Assembly (NCBI GenBank): GCA_026397135.1
Contig: JAPLVL010000001.1
Location: forward strand, 12,753-76,752
DNA length: 64,000 nucleotides
Source: Candidatus Berkelbacteria bacterium
GTDB lineage: Bacteria; Patescibacteriota; UBA1384; XYA2-FULL-43-10; 1-14-0-10-43-13
Reading direction: 5' to 3'
Under the pieces are notes generated by a model. The model did no database searches. It saw nothing but the letters and a program-made list of their open reading frames with translations, and was not told the origin of the DNA. Position numbers and translations under genes: made by a program. Positions 1 to 9,052 of the stretch are shown piece by piece. Within the stretch, counting starts at the first letter, position 1. Every line of letters begins with the position of its first letter.

Positions 1-161
1 GTTGTGGTGGTGTGGGCATGGCTGCCCACCAGAGCTTCGGCACGATGCGGAAAGAGCATTTCAAGTTCTTCCCTGCAAAGCATTCCGCCATGCAAAAGCT
101 TCCAATACAGCGTCTCTTCGCTGCATTCAGATTGCGAGTGGCTTGAATAAAGATCAACCAT
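1..161 (-). CDS. Hypothetical protein, N-terminal part (runs off the window)
   Basis: ATG at 161 (MVDLYSSHSQSECSEETLYWKLLHGG...), open to the window edge. Preceded by an AAGGAGG RBS (168-174) and a promoter. Not in the ORF track. Confidence 0.6.
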   Translation of the reverse strand, partial: MVDLYSSHSQSECSEETLYWKLLHGGMLCREELEMLFPHRAEALVGSHAHTTT

Positions 162-194
162 CAAAAGCCTCCTTTGTCTGGAGTATAGTTTGAT

Positions 195-223
195 ATTTTA
201 CATTATTTAAATATTTCTGTCAA
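195..223 (-). promoter_or_regulatory. Sigma70-type promoter
   Basis: Minus strand TTGACA-N17-TAAAAT upstream of the ORF starting at 161. Confidence 0.6.
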
Positions 224-243
224 CACAAAAATAGCCACCTCGT

Positions 244-1212
244 TTACTCTTTGATGATTTCGTCCCGAGACAAAAGACCCTTTTGGGCTCCAATATATTG
301 AATCACCGATCCGGAGTTGGCAATTCCCCAGTCTAGCGATTCTTCGATAATTTTAGCTGAGATATCTTCGTCTGAAATAATAACCCGTCCCAAAAATCCG
401 GTAGCAAAAGCATCTCCTGCTCCAGTCGAATCAACTTTCTTGATATGCAAATCTGGAACTTTGTGATAAAAATCGGTCCCGTCATAAACTGTTGCGCCCT
501 CTTTGCCATTTGTGATTACAACTATCTTGACGCCTAGACGTTGCAAACCCTTTGCTGCTTCTTCGATCTGAGGTCGAATCGGAAAATTCAAAAATTTGAT
601 CGCCTCTTCACGATTCAAAAACAAAATTGAGGTACAATGCAGCAAATGGCGGTAATGATTCGCTCCCTTGGCAATCTGTTTTGATCCAGGATTCCAAGCA
701 AATTTAGCACCATGCTCAGCAACTTCTTCGACCACTCTCTTCTCTACGTCATCCGTATTGTCTCCCAGAGAAGTCATGAAAAGCCAATTCGCATGCACTC
801 CCTTCTTGATTTTCAATTCAGAATAGTCCCTAAGCCCATGATAGACGAAAACAGTTCGCTCGCCGTCAATAGAAAATATAACCGAAAAACCGGTTTGATT
901 TTTCGAGCTGATCAAAATCTGATTTGTATCAACATCTTCATCAATTAATTTATCAATCACTTTAGTCTTGGGCGAGTCATCCCCCAAAGTGGTTGCCAGA
1001 GCGGTTTTGAGTCCAAGTCTAGAAAGCCCAACCGCAATATTACATGCCGAACCGCCGACTTCGTATTGAACCGACTTGAGCGGAATTTTTTCGCCAAATT
1101 CAAATGCAATCCCTTTGCCCGATGCGAAAGTTCGGTCGTAGTGAATATCCATCTCCGGTTCGACAAAAACATCTTCAAACGCATCACCAATTGTCAAAAC
1201 ATCGTATTTCAT
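244..1212 (-). CDS. PfkB/ribokinase-family carbohydrate kinase
   Basis: GGSACNIAVGLSRLG and DSTGAGDAF PfkB signatures; operonic with fba and pgk. Confidence 0.92.
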   Translation of the reverse strand: MKYDVLTIGDAFEDVFVEPEMDIHYDRTFASGKGIAFEFGEKIPLKSVQYEVGGSACNIAVGLSRLGLKTALATTLGDDSPKTKVIDKLIDEDVDTNQILISSKNQTGFSVIFSIDGERTVFVYHGLRDYSELKIKKGVHANWLFMTSLGDNTDDVEKRVVEEVAEHGAKFAWNPGSKQIAKGANHYRHLLHCTSILFLNREEAIKFLNFPIRPQIEEAAKGLQRLGVKIVVITNGKEGATVYDGTDFYHKVPDLHIKKVDSTGAGDAFATGFLGRVIISDEDISAKIIEESLDWGIANSGSVIQYIGAQKGLLSRDEIIKE

Positions 1213-1809
1213 TTATTGCGATACCTTCAAACTTTCTATCATTTTGTAAAGTCGGGCCAGATCATCATCGAGATTGCTCTGGTCTGTATTTAGCGAGAAA
1301 TAAGCGCTCGCTTTGCTGTCAAAGGTAGCGAAGCAATCAACTTCTATTCTACTATCTTTGGGGGACTGCGCGCAGCGATATTGCCCGCCCTCTATGCTGT
1401 TATTTTCGACAATGAATTTTTGAAACCCGAGTGTTGACTGAAATCGACTGTCAAAAAATTTGATGTCTTTCTTGCTGACAGCACTTTTGGCTGGAAAAAT
1501 AAAAATTGAGACCGTTCGCGCCTTCTTGCCAAACCAATTTTGGACCGCTTTGTCGCTCTCAGCAGTTTTCTTCTCGCTTGCGCTTGGATAAAGCAAAAAT
1601 GCTGAATTGCTGTCAGCCTTCTCCTCGGCGAGCCAATTGTGTGGGATAGAAACCGTCGCAAGATTAGCACTATCGGCAGATTTGAGAGTGACGACCTTCG
1701 TCTGGAAATAGTACAAAAGTCCACCTGTGACCAAAAGCGCGAAAACTACTAAACCCACAACCAGATACTTGAACTTCTGAGCCGTTTTTTTCTCTTCTTC
1801 TTCCATCAT
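1213..1809 (-). CDS. Hypothetical protein with N-terminal membrane anchor (PsbP-like extracellular domain possible)
   Basis: One TM helix (YLVVGLVVFALLVTGGLLYY); tightly coupled to its neighbours. Confidence 0.7.
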   Translation of the reverse strand: MMEEEEKKTAQKFKYLVVGLVVFALLVTGGLLYYFQTKVVTLKSADSANLATVSIPHNWLAEEKADSNSAFLLYPSASEKKTAESDKAVQNWFGKKARTVSIFIFPAKSAVSKKDIKFFDSRFQSTLGFQKFIVENNSIEGGQYRCAQSPKDSRIEVDCFATFDSKASAYFSLNTDQSNLDDDLARLYKMIESLKVSQ

Positions 1810-2621
1810 GCCCCCCTAAACAATTTAATATATTGCAAAACTACTTTTTCGACATGTGCCATCGCATCTTCCATCGCAACACGATAATCAGTCTCGTCAG
1901 AGCTCTCCAGCGCAGAAGTGAAGGCTTTTCTAATATTAGTGTCAATATTGAACTTTGCAACTCCGATTCCCATAGCATGGCGGATATCGCCATGTGAGAG
2001 CCCAGATGCACCGTGCATCACGAGTGGAATTTCTACAACATTAGAAATTCGCTCCAGGAGAGACAAATCCAATTTTTCGCCCTCAGGTGCACCATGCTCA
2101 TTGCCGACTGAGATCGCGATACTATCTACCCCTGTCTCTTCTACAAATTTTACCACCTCGGGAGGCCCTGAATATACTGCCTTGCCCGATAACCGCCCAC
2201 CCTCCTCTCGGCCAATAATTCCAACCTCGGCTTCGACAGAAACTCCAAACTTGTGGGCGTAATCAACGACCTTTTCGGTCATCAAAATATTCTCTTCGTA
2301 TGGATATTTGGAACCATCGAACATAACTGACGAATATCCAATATCGATCGCTTGCTTCACTGTCAAGAAATCATGCGCATGGTCGAGGTGAATCCCAGCC
2401 TTGGCACCACTTGATTTGATTTCGTCGGTAATGATATCGAAGAGTTGCTTCAACCCAGCGTATTCAATTGCTCCCGGGGTCGTTTGAATCAGGATCGGAA
2501 AATCAGCTTTGCTAGCAGCACTACAAATTGCCTTCGTCACCTCGAGATTGGCAGTGTTAAACGCTCCAATTGCATATCCGTTAGCTCGAGCTTTCTTTAA
2601 TTCATGTGCAACATTTATCAT
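1806..2621 (-). CDS. fba: Class II fructose-bisphosphate aldolase
   Basis: GAFN, HLDH, SSVMFDGS, GNEHG, LVMHGASG and KFNIDT motifs. Confidence 0.95.
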   Translation of the reverse strand: MINVAHELKKARANGYAIGAFNTANLEVTKAICSAASKADFPILIQTTPGAIEYAGLKQLFDIITDEIKSSGAKAGIHLDHAHDFLTVKQAIDIGYSSVMFDGSKYPYEENILMTEKVVDYAHKFGVSVEAEVGIIGREEGGRLSGKAVYSGPPEVVKFVEETGVDSIAISVGNEHGAPEGEKLDLSLLERISNVVEIPLVMHGASGLSHGDIRHAMGIGVAKFNIDTNIRKAFTSALESSDETDYRVAMEDAMAHVEKVVLQYIKLFRGA

Positions 2622-2658
2622 TTTACCTCTTGCGTTTATTTAATTTACCAATCCCAGA

Positions 2659-2766
2659 TTATCTGCCTGCCAATTTTATTATTGTAACCACAATCACAGC
2701 CAAAACAGCGACCAATACCATCGCCGCGAGAAGTTCAATCAGAGAAAACGCTCTACTGCTCTTCAC
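2659..2766 (-). CDS. 35-aa type IV pilin-like peptide (prepilin N-terminal cleavage/methylation motif only)
   Basis: GTG start after an AGGAGG RBS; MKSSRA|FSLIELLAAMVLVAVLAVIVVTIIKLAGR*. Below the ORF-track size cutoff. Confidence 0.75.
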   Translation of the reverse strand: MKSSRAFSLIELLAAMVLVAVLAVIVVTIIKLAGR

Positions 2767-2830
2767 AAACCCTCCTACTTTATTCTCGCTATTCAACCAG
2801 TTTGATAACTTTATAACTTGATAAACTTAT

Positions 2831-3952
2831 TTATTTCAACGCTTCGATTCCGGGCAATTTCTCGCCAGCCAAGAATTCCAATGCAGCTCCGCCACCAGTC
2901 GAAATGAAGCTAATATTCTTGTCTAATCCCTCTGATTTGACGAAACCAACCGTATCACCGCCGGCAATTACACTTGTCTTACCCACAAGCTGTGACATTG
3001 CTTTTGCGACTGCGAGCGAACCATCACGATATTTCTCCGATTCAGTATAGCCGAGATTTCCATTCCAAAGCACAGTCTCAGCTCCTTTGATGATCTCCGC
3101 AAATTTTTTCTGTGCATCTGGACCAATATCCATAATCTTCCATTTGCCACCGCTCTGCTCTTCCTTCAGCGAATCAATCGGCAAGATGATTTTCTTTGAT
3201 AATTTCTTCAGCATCTTCTCACAATCAGCCACCATTTCTGTATCATAAACAGATTCGCTAATCTCTTCACCCCTTGCCTTCAAGAAGGTATTTGCCACTC
3301 CTCCACCGATCAAAATCTTGTCAGCTTTCGGCGCCAATTTCTCAATCATGCCTGCTTTGTCTTTAATTTTAACACCGCCAACTACGATAATAAAGGGCTT
3401 TTTCGGACTCTCAATAATCTTGCCCAGATTTTCAATCTCGCTTTGCAAAAGTAATCCAGCAAAACTAGGCAAGAACTTAGTAATTGCTTCGACTGAAGCA
3501 TTGGCACGATGGCTGACAGCAAAAGCATCGTTAACATAAACATCAGCGTATTGCGCTAGCTCCTTCGCAAATCCTGCATCGTTTTCTTCTTCCCGCTTGT
3601 CCCAGCGCAAATTTTCCAATACCAAGATACCGCCAGGCTGAAGCGATTCGACCAGTTTTTCGACAGGAGCACCAAAAATTCCCGGCGCCATCGCCACCTT
3701 CAAATTCAGCATCCGCTGCAATTCCCTAGCAACCGGAGCGATTGAAGTCTCTTCGCTCGGCTTACCCTCTGGACGACCCAGATGAGTTCCAATAATTAAT
3801 TTGCACCGACTTTCGACTAGATATTTAATTGTCGGCAAAACGGCACGAATTCGGTTCAAATCGGAAATTTCTCCATCTTTGACCGGCACATTGAAATCAA
3901 CTCGCAAAAAAACTCTTTTGTCAGCTACTTCGGCCTCTTGAACTAATTTCAT
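2831..3952 (-). CDS. pgk: Phosphoglycerate kinase
   Basis: RVDFNVP, HLGRP, LENLR, NDAFAVSHR, GGDT and STGGGA motifs. Confidence 0.97.
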   Translation of the reverse strand: MKLVQEAEVADKRVFLRVDFNVPVKDGEISDLNRIRAVLPTIKYLVESRCKLIIGTHLGRPEGKPSEETSIAPVARELQRMLNLKVAMAPGIFGAPVEKLVESLQPGGILVLENLRWDKREEENDAGFAKELAQYADVYVNDAFAVSHRANASVEAITKFLPSFAGLLLQSEIENLGKIIESPKKPFIIVVGGVKIKDKAGMIEKLAPKADKILIGGGVANTFLKARGEEISESVYDTEMVADCEKMLKKLSKKIILPIDSLKEEQSGGKWKIMDIGPDAQKKFAEIIKGAETVLWNGNLGYTESEKYRDGSLAVAKAMSQLVGKTSVIAGGDTVGFVKSEGLDKNISFISTGGGAALEFLAGEKLPGIEALK

Positions 3953-4067
3953 CTTTCTCCAATTCTTAACTTTGATTTAATTTTAGCACTCAATCTTTTC
4001 ACAATCAAATGGCTTGCCCTCTGGACAAAAAATAGAGTAGAATAAAGATAGAAAATATCGGAGGGAA

Positions 4068-5033
4068 ATGAAATCAGTTGTCTCTATTCATCAGCTCGGT
4101 CAGATTTTTGATTTTATCAAAAAGGATTATCGTGTTCTCGGGACGAAGGAGGAAAACGGTAAGCCTATTTTCGGCGAAATCTCTAGCGCAAGAGAAATCC
4201 TAATCCCGACACCCAAGACGATTTTGCCTTTCAAAAAACTGATCTACCCTGCAATACTCGACCTGGCCAAAACGGAAAACGGAAAACCGGTCGCATTTTT
4301 CGGTATGACAAATTGTGATGCCGAAGCTCTCTGCGTCTTTTTGGACAAATTCAAAGACACCGGCCTCGTACCTCCGTTTAGAAATATCCTGGTAATTTCG
4401 ACGACCTGTGTCCCCGATGAAAATTGTTTCTGCACAGCCTTTGGCAACGGAAAAATTACAAATTTTGATCTCCACATCACCAAAGAAAAGGATCAGTACG
4501 CAATCTTCTCCGGTTCTGCGCTGGGGCGGAAAATTCTCAAACTGAACCGAATCAAAGTTTCAAATACTATATCGAAACCAACTGCAGTCAAGCTAGAAAA
4601 TGTCAGGAAAATCCAGTTAGAAAAACTAGGCAAGGCAATCGACGACAAAACCGGAAAACTGCCCTTCTGGCAGGAAATTGCAGACGAGTGTTTCGGCTGC
4701 GGCGCTTGTACTGCCGTCTGCCCGCTTTGTTTTTGCACCGGCAAAGACTTTGAAAATGATGCCGAGGGCGGCTGCAAACATTGCCTCAAATGGGATTCTT
4801 GCTATGCCAAAAGTTTCTCCGAAATTCAAAACCATTTCGACCTGCGCCCAAGCAATGTCAATCGGCTTTACAACTGGTATCATCACAAATTCGTCCGCTC
4901 ACCCAAGGAGGACGGCGAGATCCTCTGTACCGGTTGCGGCCGCTGTATCAAAGCCTGCCCTGCGTATCTGAACCAACATCGAATCATCGAAACTGTCCAA
5001 AATTATACAAAAGTAATCGACAAAAGCAAATAA
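4068..5033 (+). CDS. Group 3b [NiFe] hydrogenase/sulfhydrogenase beta (4Fe-4S) subunit
   Basis: CFGCGACTAVCPLCFC and CTGCGRCIKACP ferredoxin motifs, WDSC, HKF; GGAGG RBS. Confidence 0.88.
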   Translation: MKSVVSIHQLGQIFDFIKKDYRVLGTKEENGKPIFGEISSAREILIPTPKTILPFKKLIYPAILDLAKTENGKPVAFFGMTNCDAEALCVFLDKFKDTGLVPPFRNILVISTTCVPDENCFCTAFGNGKITNFDLHITKEKDQYAIFSGSALGRKILKLNRIKVSNTISKPTAVKLENVRKIQLEKLGKAIDDKTGKLPFWQEIADECFGCGACTAVCPLCFCTGKDFENDAEGGCKHCLKWDSCYAKSFSEIQNHFDLRPSNVNRLYNWYHHKFVRSPKEDGEILCTGCGRCIKACPAYLNQHRIIETVQNYTKVIDKSK

Positions 5034-5044
5034 TCAATTCCAAA

Positions 5045-5854
5045 ATGCCAAACCAAGATTCAAAATTTAAATATACTTCATACGAAATTATCAAAAAGGA
5101 AGAGATGATGCCTGGCATGTTTCTCTTCCGATTGAAGGGTCGACTTGATTTCAAGCCCGGTCAATTTGTCCAAGCTGCGCTTGAACATTTCGGCGAAGGG
5201 ACATTTGCCCCCTGCTCCGATCCAAACCAAAAAGATTATTTCGAACTTTGCATCCGTGGTTGCGGTTCGACCTCAAACGGGCTAATCACTCTTTTGCCCG
5301 GTGATGAAATGCTCGTCAGGGGTCCTTACGGAAATGGCTGGCCAATCAAGAAACTCTGGTACAAAGACACTCTCCTGATCGCCGGCGGTATGGGGCTGGT
5401 CCCACTGCGACCGCTAATCTTCGAGATGCTACGAAGCAAGATCAACTTCGACAAAATCACTCTGGTTGCTGGCTTCAAGACAGATGAACATTTGCTTTTC
5501 TCACATGATTTGGAAATCTGGCGCAAGAAGTTATCCAAGGTCATCCCAGTAGTCGAAATCGGCAGCAAAAATTTCTGGGGTGAAATCGGAATGATCACCG
5601 AACCGCTCAAAAATCTAGTCTTCAACAAGAAAAAGACAATCGCTCTGATTTGCGGACCAGAAGTGATGGTGCCATTCGTCAACCAAGTTTTGGAGGAAAA
5701 AGGTCTCCCTCACAACCAAATTTATATTTCCTACGAGCGCCGAATGGAGTGCGGGATCGGCATCTGCCAACATTGCAATATTGGCAGCCACTTGGTCTGC
5801 AAAGACGGACCGATCTTCCGATACGATCAGATAAAGGAAGAGGTGGGCAAATGA
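5045..5854 (+). CDS. Group 3b hydrogenase gamma (FAD/NAD(P)-binding, 2Fe-2S) subunit
   Basis: FKPGQF, RGPYGNGW, AGGMGLVP, ICGP, MECGIGICQHC...VCKDGP. Start set at ATG 5045. Confidence 0.9.
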   Translation: MPNQDSKFKYTSYEIIKKEEMMPGMFLFRLKGRLDFKPGQFVQAALEHFGEGTFAPCSDPNQKDYFELCIRGCGSTSNGLITLLPGDEMLVRGPYGNGWPIKKLWYKDTLLIAGGMGLVPLRPLIFEMLRSKINFDKITLVAGFKTDEHLLFSHDLEIWRKKLSKVIPVVEIGSKNFWGEIGMITEPLKNLVFNKKKTIALICGPEVMVPFVNQVLEEKGLPHNQIYISYERRMECGIGICQHCNIGSHLVCKDGPIFRYDQIKEEVGK

Positions 5855-6567
5855 AAAAATCACTCGCCATATTTTCACTTACCTCCTGTGAGGGCTGTCA
5901 ATTCGAAATGTTAAATCACTACGAAACTTTCAACGGACTCCTAAAATACTTCGAGATCAAAAATTTTCGTCTAGGACAAGAAAATAATTTTGACGAAAAT
6001 TTCGACATTGCCATCATCGAAGGTAGCGCCGACGGCGAAGAACAAATTAAATTTTTGAAAAAAATACGCAAACAATCCAAGGTGATTGTCGCCATCGGTG
6101 CCTGCGCTCATCTAGGGGGCATTCAGTCCGAACGCAACAGTTTGCCACAGGGAATCTTCCACAAAAAACCGACCAAGATAGTCCCTGCTGTGATAAAAAC
6201 CGAATATATCATTCCGGGCTGTCCCATAAATCACGCGGAACTTTATCATTGTCTTTTGGATATTTACTGGGGCAAACAGTTTTTTCTGCCTGATTTAGCC
6301 GTTTGTTTCGAGTGTCGAGTGAATGAAAATGAATGTTTGATCAAATCTGGCAAACCCTGTCTTGGTCCAATCACCAGAAGCGGCTGCAACTCTGTCTGTG
6401 TCAACGCTGGCGAAGCTTGTCTCGGCTGCCGTGGAGCCAAACCAGAGCCAAACATCGAGAAATTGAAAAAAATCCTTGAGCCAATGATTGGAGAAAAAGA
6501 AACTGAAAATATAATGACAATTTATGGAGACTTAACAAATGAAATCGACCCCAGTGCAAAAAAATAA
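5851..6567 (+). CDS. Group 3b hydrogenase delta (small Fe-S) subunit
   Basis: LTSCEGCQ, EGS, GACA, PGCP, CLGPITRSGC...CLGCRG; ATGA overlap with the gamma subunit. Confidence 0.92.
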   Translation: MKKSLAIFSLTSCEGCQFEMLNHYETFNGLLKYFEIKNFRLGQENNFDENFDIAIIEGSADGEEQIKFLKKIRKQSKVIVAIGACAHLGGIQSERNSLPQGIFHKKPTKIVPAVIKTEYIIPGCPINHAELYHCLLDIYWGKQFFLPDLAVCFECRVNENECLIKSGKPCLGPITRSGCNSVCVNAGEACLGCRGAKPEPNIEKLKKILEPMIGEKETENIMTIYGDLTNEIDPSAKK

Positions 6568-6853
6568 GATTCTTTCGCTAAGAAATCCGATAGTAATAAT
6601 CGTGATAGTGCTCCTTCTGATTTGGCTTTGTCCAAAACCATATTCACTATCAACAAACATCGTATCTATACCCAAATCTAGTCCTGGAAATAGCATTTCA
6701 AATCTAATCTATGAACAAGAGAGTTCCGGCTGGTGTATCGGAATCATTTATCCGGAAAAATCAAAATCTGATGTGCTTGGATTCAAGCTGGAAACTACCG
6801 GACTTGATTGTATCGGATTTCGTTTGCAGAAAAAGGGCCAGATTGCGCTTTAA
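6539..6853 (+). CDS. Hypothetical small membrane-anchored protein
   Basis: Hydrophobic segment IVIIVIVLLLIWLCP and Cys residues; overlaps the delta-subunit 3' end. Confidence 0.55.
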   Translation: MKSTPVQKNKILSLRNPIVIIVIVLLLIWLCPKPYSLSTNIVSIPKSSPGNSISNLIYEQESSGWCIGIIYPEKSKSDVLGFKLETTGLDCIGFRLQKKGQIAL

Positions 6854-6884
6854 ACAATAAGAAGTAATTACCAATACACAAATA

Positions 6885-7257
6885 AATAGTCATTCTGAGC
6901 CGATCTAGCTTGGAGGCGAAGAATCTAGCGAAGCGCAAAATGTTTGTTTACATTATCACAAACTATAAAAATAATGTTTTCTATATTGGCGTCACGAATA
7001 ATCTGACAAGACGAATATATGAACACAAAAATAAGTTATTTAGCAATTCCTTTTCCAGTAGATACAACTTATACAAATTAATTTGGTTCGAGGAGTTCAA
7101 TACTGCAATTGAAGCAATTACCGCTGAGAAAAAAAGGGATGGAAACGAGAAAGAAAAATTGAGATGATCAAGAAAACAAATCCCAATTTTCAGGAAATTG
7201 AATCTTATTAGTTTACGCTTCGCTAGATCCTTCGCAAGAACACTCAGGATGACTATT
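6885..7257. mobile_element. REP-bounded GIY-YIG cassette 1
   Basis: Left end AATAGTCATTCTGAG...GCGAAGAATCTAGCGAAGCG (6885-6935) is the inverted copy of right end CGCTTCGCTAGATCCTTCGC...CTCAGGATGACTATT (7216-7257); they enclose only a GIY-YIG gene. Confidence 0.7.
6940..7211 (+). pseudogene. Stand-alone GIY-YIG nuclease, frameshifted near the 3' end
   Basis: MFVYIITN...FYIGVTNNLTRRIYEHK...Y.LYKLIWFEEF...AITAEK. The expected C-terminus KGWKRERKIEMIKKTNPNF continues in the -1 frame after the A7 run at 7129-7135. Confidence 0.85.
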
Positions 7258-7297
7258 CAAGAGTCAACATTATCTGAAATTTAAATAAGGTAAAACA

Positions 7298-7606
7298 ATG
7301 GACAAGAATATCAAATTGATCAAGACTTTAATGATAATTATTGCCACCATCGACTCGATCGCAGCGATTGTCATATTTATCGGTATTAACCTTCTGGGAA
7401 ATATTGATTGCAGTTTGCCCCAAAAACCATGCTCAACCGAGTATTGGCCACTTTTGCTTTTATTGCCAACCATCATCTACACCATTGCTTCGCTCCAGAA
7501 GAACAAGATAGTTGGTATTGTCCTGAAATCAATAAGTATTCCCTTTTTGATAATATTCTTTCTTGTAACCTTAAATTACTTGTTAATGGCCAAAATAGGA
7601 AGGTAA
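7298..7606 (+). CDS. Hypothetical membrane protein (3 TM)
   Basis: Three hydrophobic segments; AAGGT RBS. Confidence 0.65.
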   Translation: MDKNIKLIKTLMIIIATIDSIAAIVIFIGINLLGNIDCSLPQKPCSTEYWPLLLLLPTIIYTIASLQKNKIVGIVLKSISIPFLIIFFLVTLNYLLMAKIGR

Positions 7607-7609
7607 AAA

Positions 7610-8860
7610 ATGGAAACAGCTGTTCCCAAAATTGAAGGTCATGCCGCATTTTATACTCATTTAAAGAGTGGCCATGTCGATAAAGCTAGAATCATCGGAC
7701 TCGAAAATGATCGTTTCGTTGAGAGAATTTTGGTTGGAAGAAAATACTGGGAAGCACCGATAATTACTTCTCGCATTTGCGGAATTTGCCCAGTTATCCA
7801 CAACATCACCTCGACAAGAGCGATAGAGAATGCCTGCAACATCGAAGTGAGCAATCAGACAATTCTACTCCGGAAGCTGATGCTAGCAGGACAGATGGTC
7901 CAGAGCCATTCTCTCCATCTCTACCTTCTGGTTTTGCCTGATTTTGTCGGAGCAAGTTCCTCCTTCGAGTTACAAAGGGATCATCCTGAGATTTTTCAGA
8001 ACGCAATTGAATTGAAGAAATATGCTGACAGAATTATCGAGACTGTCGGCGGCCGAGCCGTTCATCCCGTCGCTTCCGTTCCTGGCGGCTTCAAATCTTT
8101 CCCCACCAAGGAGAAGATTACTGCCCTAATTCCAATTGGGCAGAAGACAACAGAGATTGCCGAAACAACTCTCCGACTTTTTGCTACATTTAAGTATCCA
8201 CAGTTGAAACGAGAGATAATCTCGAGTGCATTATATCTTGATCACGAATACGCAATCTACAATGGCGATATCTGGAACAGTAAAGGCGATATTTTCAAAG
8301 CAGAGAAATATCATGACTACATTTATGAGGAGCTAAAACCTTACACTCGGGCAAAATTCGGAACACTCAAGGGATACGAGATGGTCGTCGGCGCTGCCGC
8401 CAGACTCAATATCAACGGTTTCAAAAACCTAAGCCCAAAAACACAGGAGCTGATTGAGGAATTTAATATTACGCTTCCACTTAATAATCCGTTTGATAAT
8501 ATTATGGCTCAGGCAATCGAGAATCATCACTTCGCCGCGCAATCAGTCGAGCTTTTGGAGTATTTCCAGAAAACAGGTGTCAAAAATGAAAAATTAGTTG
8601 TACCCTCCGATTTTGGCAAAGGCACCGCCGCTTGTGAGGCTCCGCGAGGAACACTTTTTCATTATTACAATCTCGACAAAGATGGATTTATCGAAAAGTG
8701 TGACATTATCACACCTACAGTTCAGACCCTGCCCGCAATAGAATTTGACCTAAAGAATCTCTCACCTCTTCTCAAGGATCTATCTCCATCCGAGAGAAGC
8801 ACTCTGATCGAAACCTTGATTCGAGCATATGACCCCTGCATTACCTGTGCCACACATTAA
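7610..8860 (+). CDS. Group 3b [NiFe] hydrogenase alpha (large catalytic) subunit
   Basis: KIEGH, L1 SRICGICPVIH, GGRAVHP, EAPRGTLFH, L2 AYDPCITCATH at the extreme C-terminus. Confidence 0.95.
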   Translation: METAVPKIEGHAAFYTHLKSGHVDKARIIGLENDRFVERILVGRKYWEAPIITSRICGICPVIHNITSTRAIENACNIEVSNQTILLRKLMLAGQMVQSHSLHLYLLVLPDFVGASSSFELQRDHPEIFQNAIELKKYADRIIETVGGRAVHPVASVPGGFKSFPTKEKITALIPIGQKTTEIAETTLRLFATFKYPQLKREIISSALYLDHEYAIYNGDIWNSKGDIFKAEKYHDYIYEELKPYTRAKFGTLKGYEMVVGAAARLNINGFKNLSPKTQELIEEFNITLPLNNPFDNIMAQAIENHHFAAQSVELLEYFQKTGVKNEKLVVPSDFGKGTAACEAPRGTLFHYYNLDKDGFIEKCDIITPTVQTLPAIEFDLKNLSPLLKDLSPSERSTLIETLIRAYDPCITCATH

Positions 8861-8995
8861 AAGTGGGCAAGTACGCAAGTGGGGTGGGCAAGTACGCAAG
8901 TGGGTATGTAAATAAGCTAGACAAACAAAAGTTTATCCCTGTGTCTACTTGTAACTTGCACACCTATTACCTGCGCACTAGTTAATTTACTTGCA
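8861..8995. repeat. Inverted pair of degenerate 8-mer arrays (GCAAGTNN ... NNACTTGC)
   Basis: AAGTGGGCAAGTACGCAAGTGGGGTGGGCAAGTACGCAAGTGG directly after the stop, then ACTTGTAACTTGCACACCT...CCTGCGCACT...ACTTGC. Confidence 0.7.
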
Positions 8996-9019
8996 AACTG
9001 ATACACTTACATTTATAAT
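8991..9019 (+). promoter_or_regulatory. Sigma70-type promoter
   Basis: TTGCAA-N17-TATAAT upstream of an AGGAGG RBS and ATG 9053. Confidence 0.6.
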
Positions 9020-9052
9020 AAAATTAAAATTAAAAGTTCTCTAGGAGGGAAA

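Noticed and set aside
2-193. Plus-strand 63-aa ORF from the track
   Set aside because: The RBS and promoter support the opposite-strand ORF starting at 161.
4781-5850. Long N-terminal extensions on the hydrogenase gamma and delta ORFs (likewise the four-helix-bundle, gatA, secA, uvrC and serS ORFs)
   Set aside because: They overlap upstream genes or repeats; downstream ATGs match the family N-termini.
7126-7140. Programmed -1 frameshift in GIY-YIG 1
   Set aside because: The A-run is not phased as the canonical A-AAA-AAG, and the shifted product would still be one residue short of the family pattern; a 4-nt deletion fits better.
7586-7612. Stop read-through fusing the membrane ORF to the hydrogenase large subunit (in-frame TAA)
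   Set aside because: TAA is an ordinary stop throughout the window and the large subunit has its own AAGG-preceded ATG; no sign of recoding or selenocysteine.
8861-8905. Possible CRISPR repeat
   Set aside because: Short tandem 8-mers with no unique spacers and no cas genes; the same applies to the heptamer arrays.
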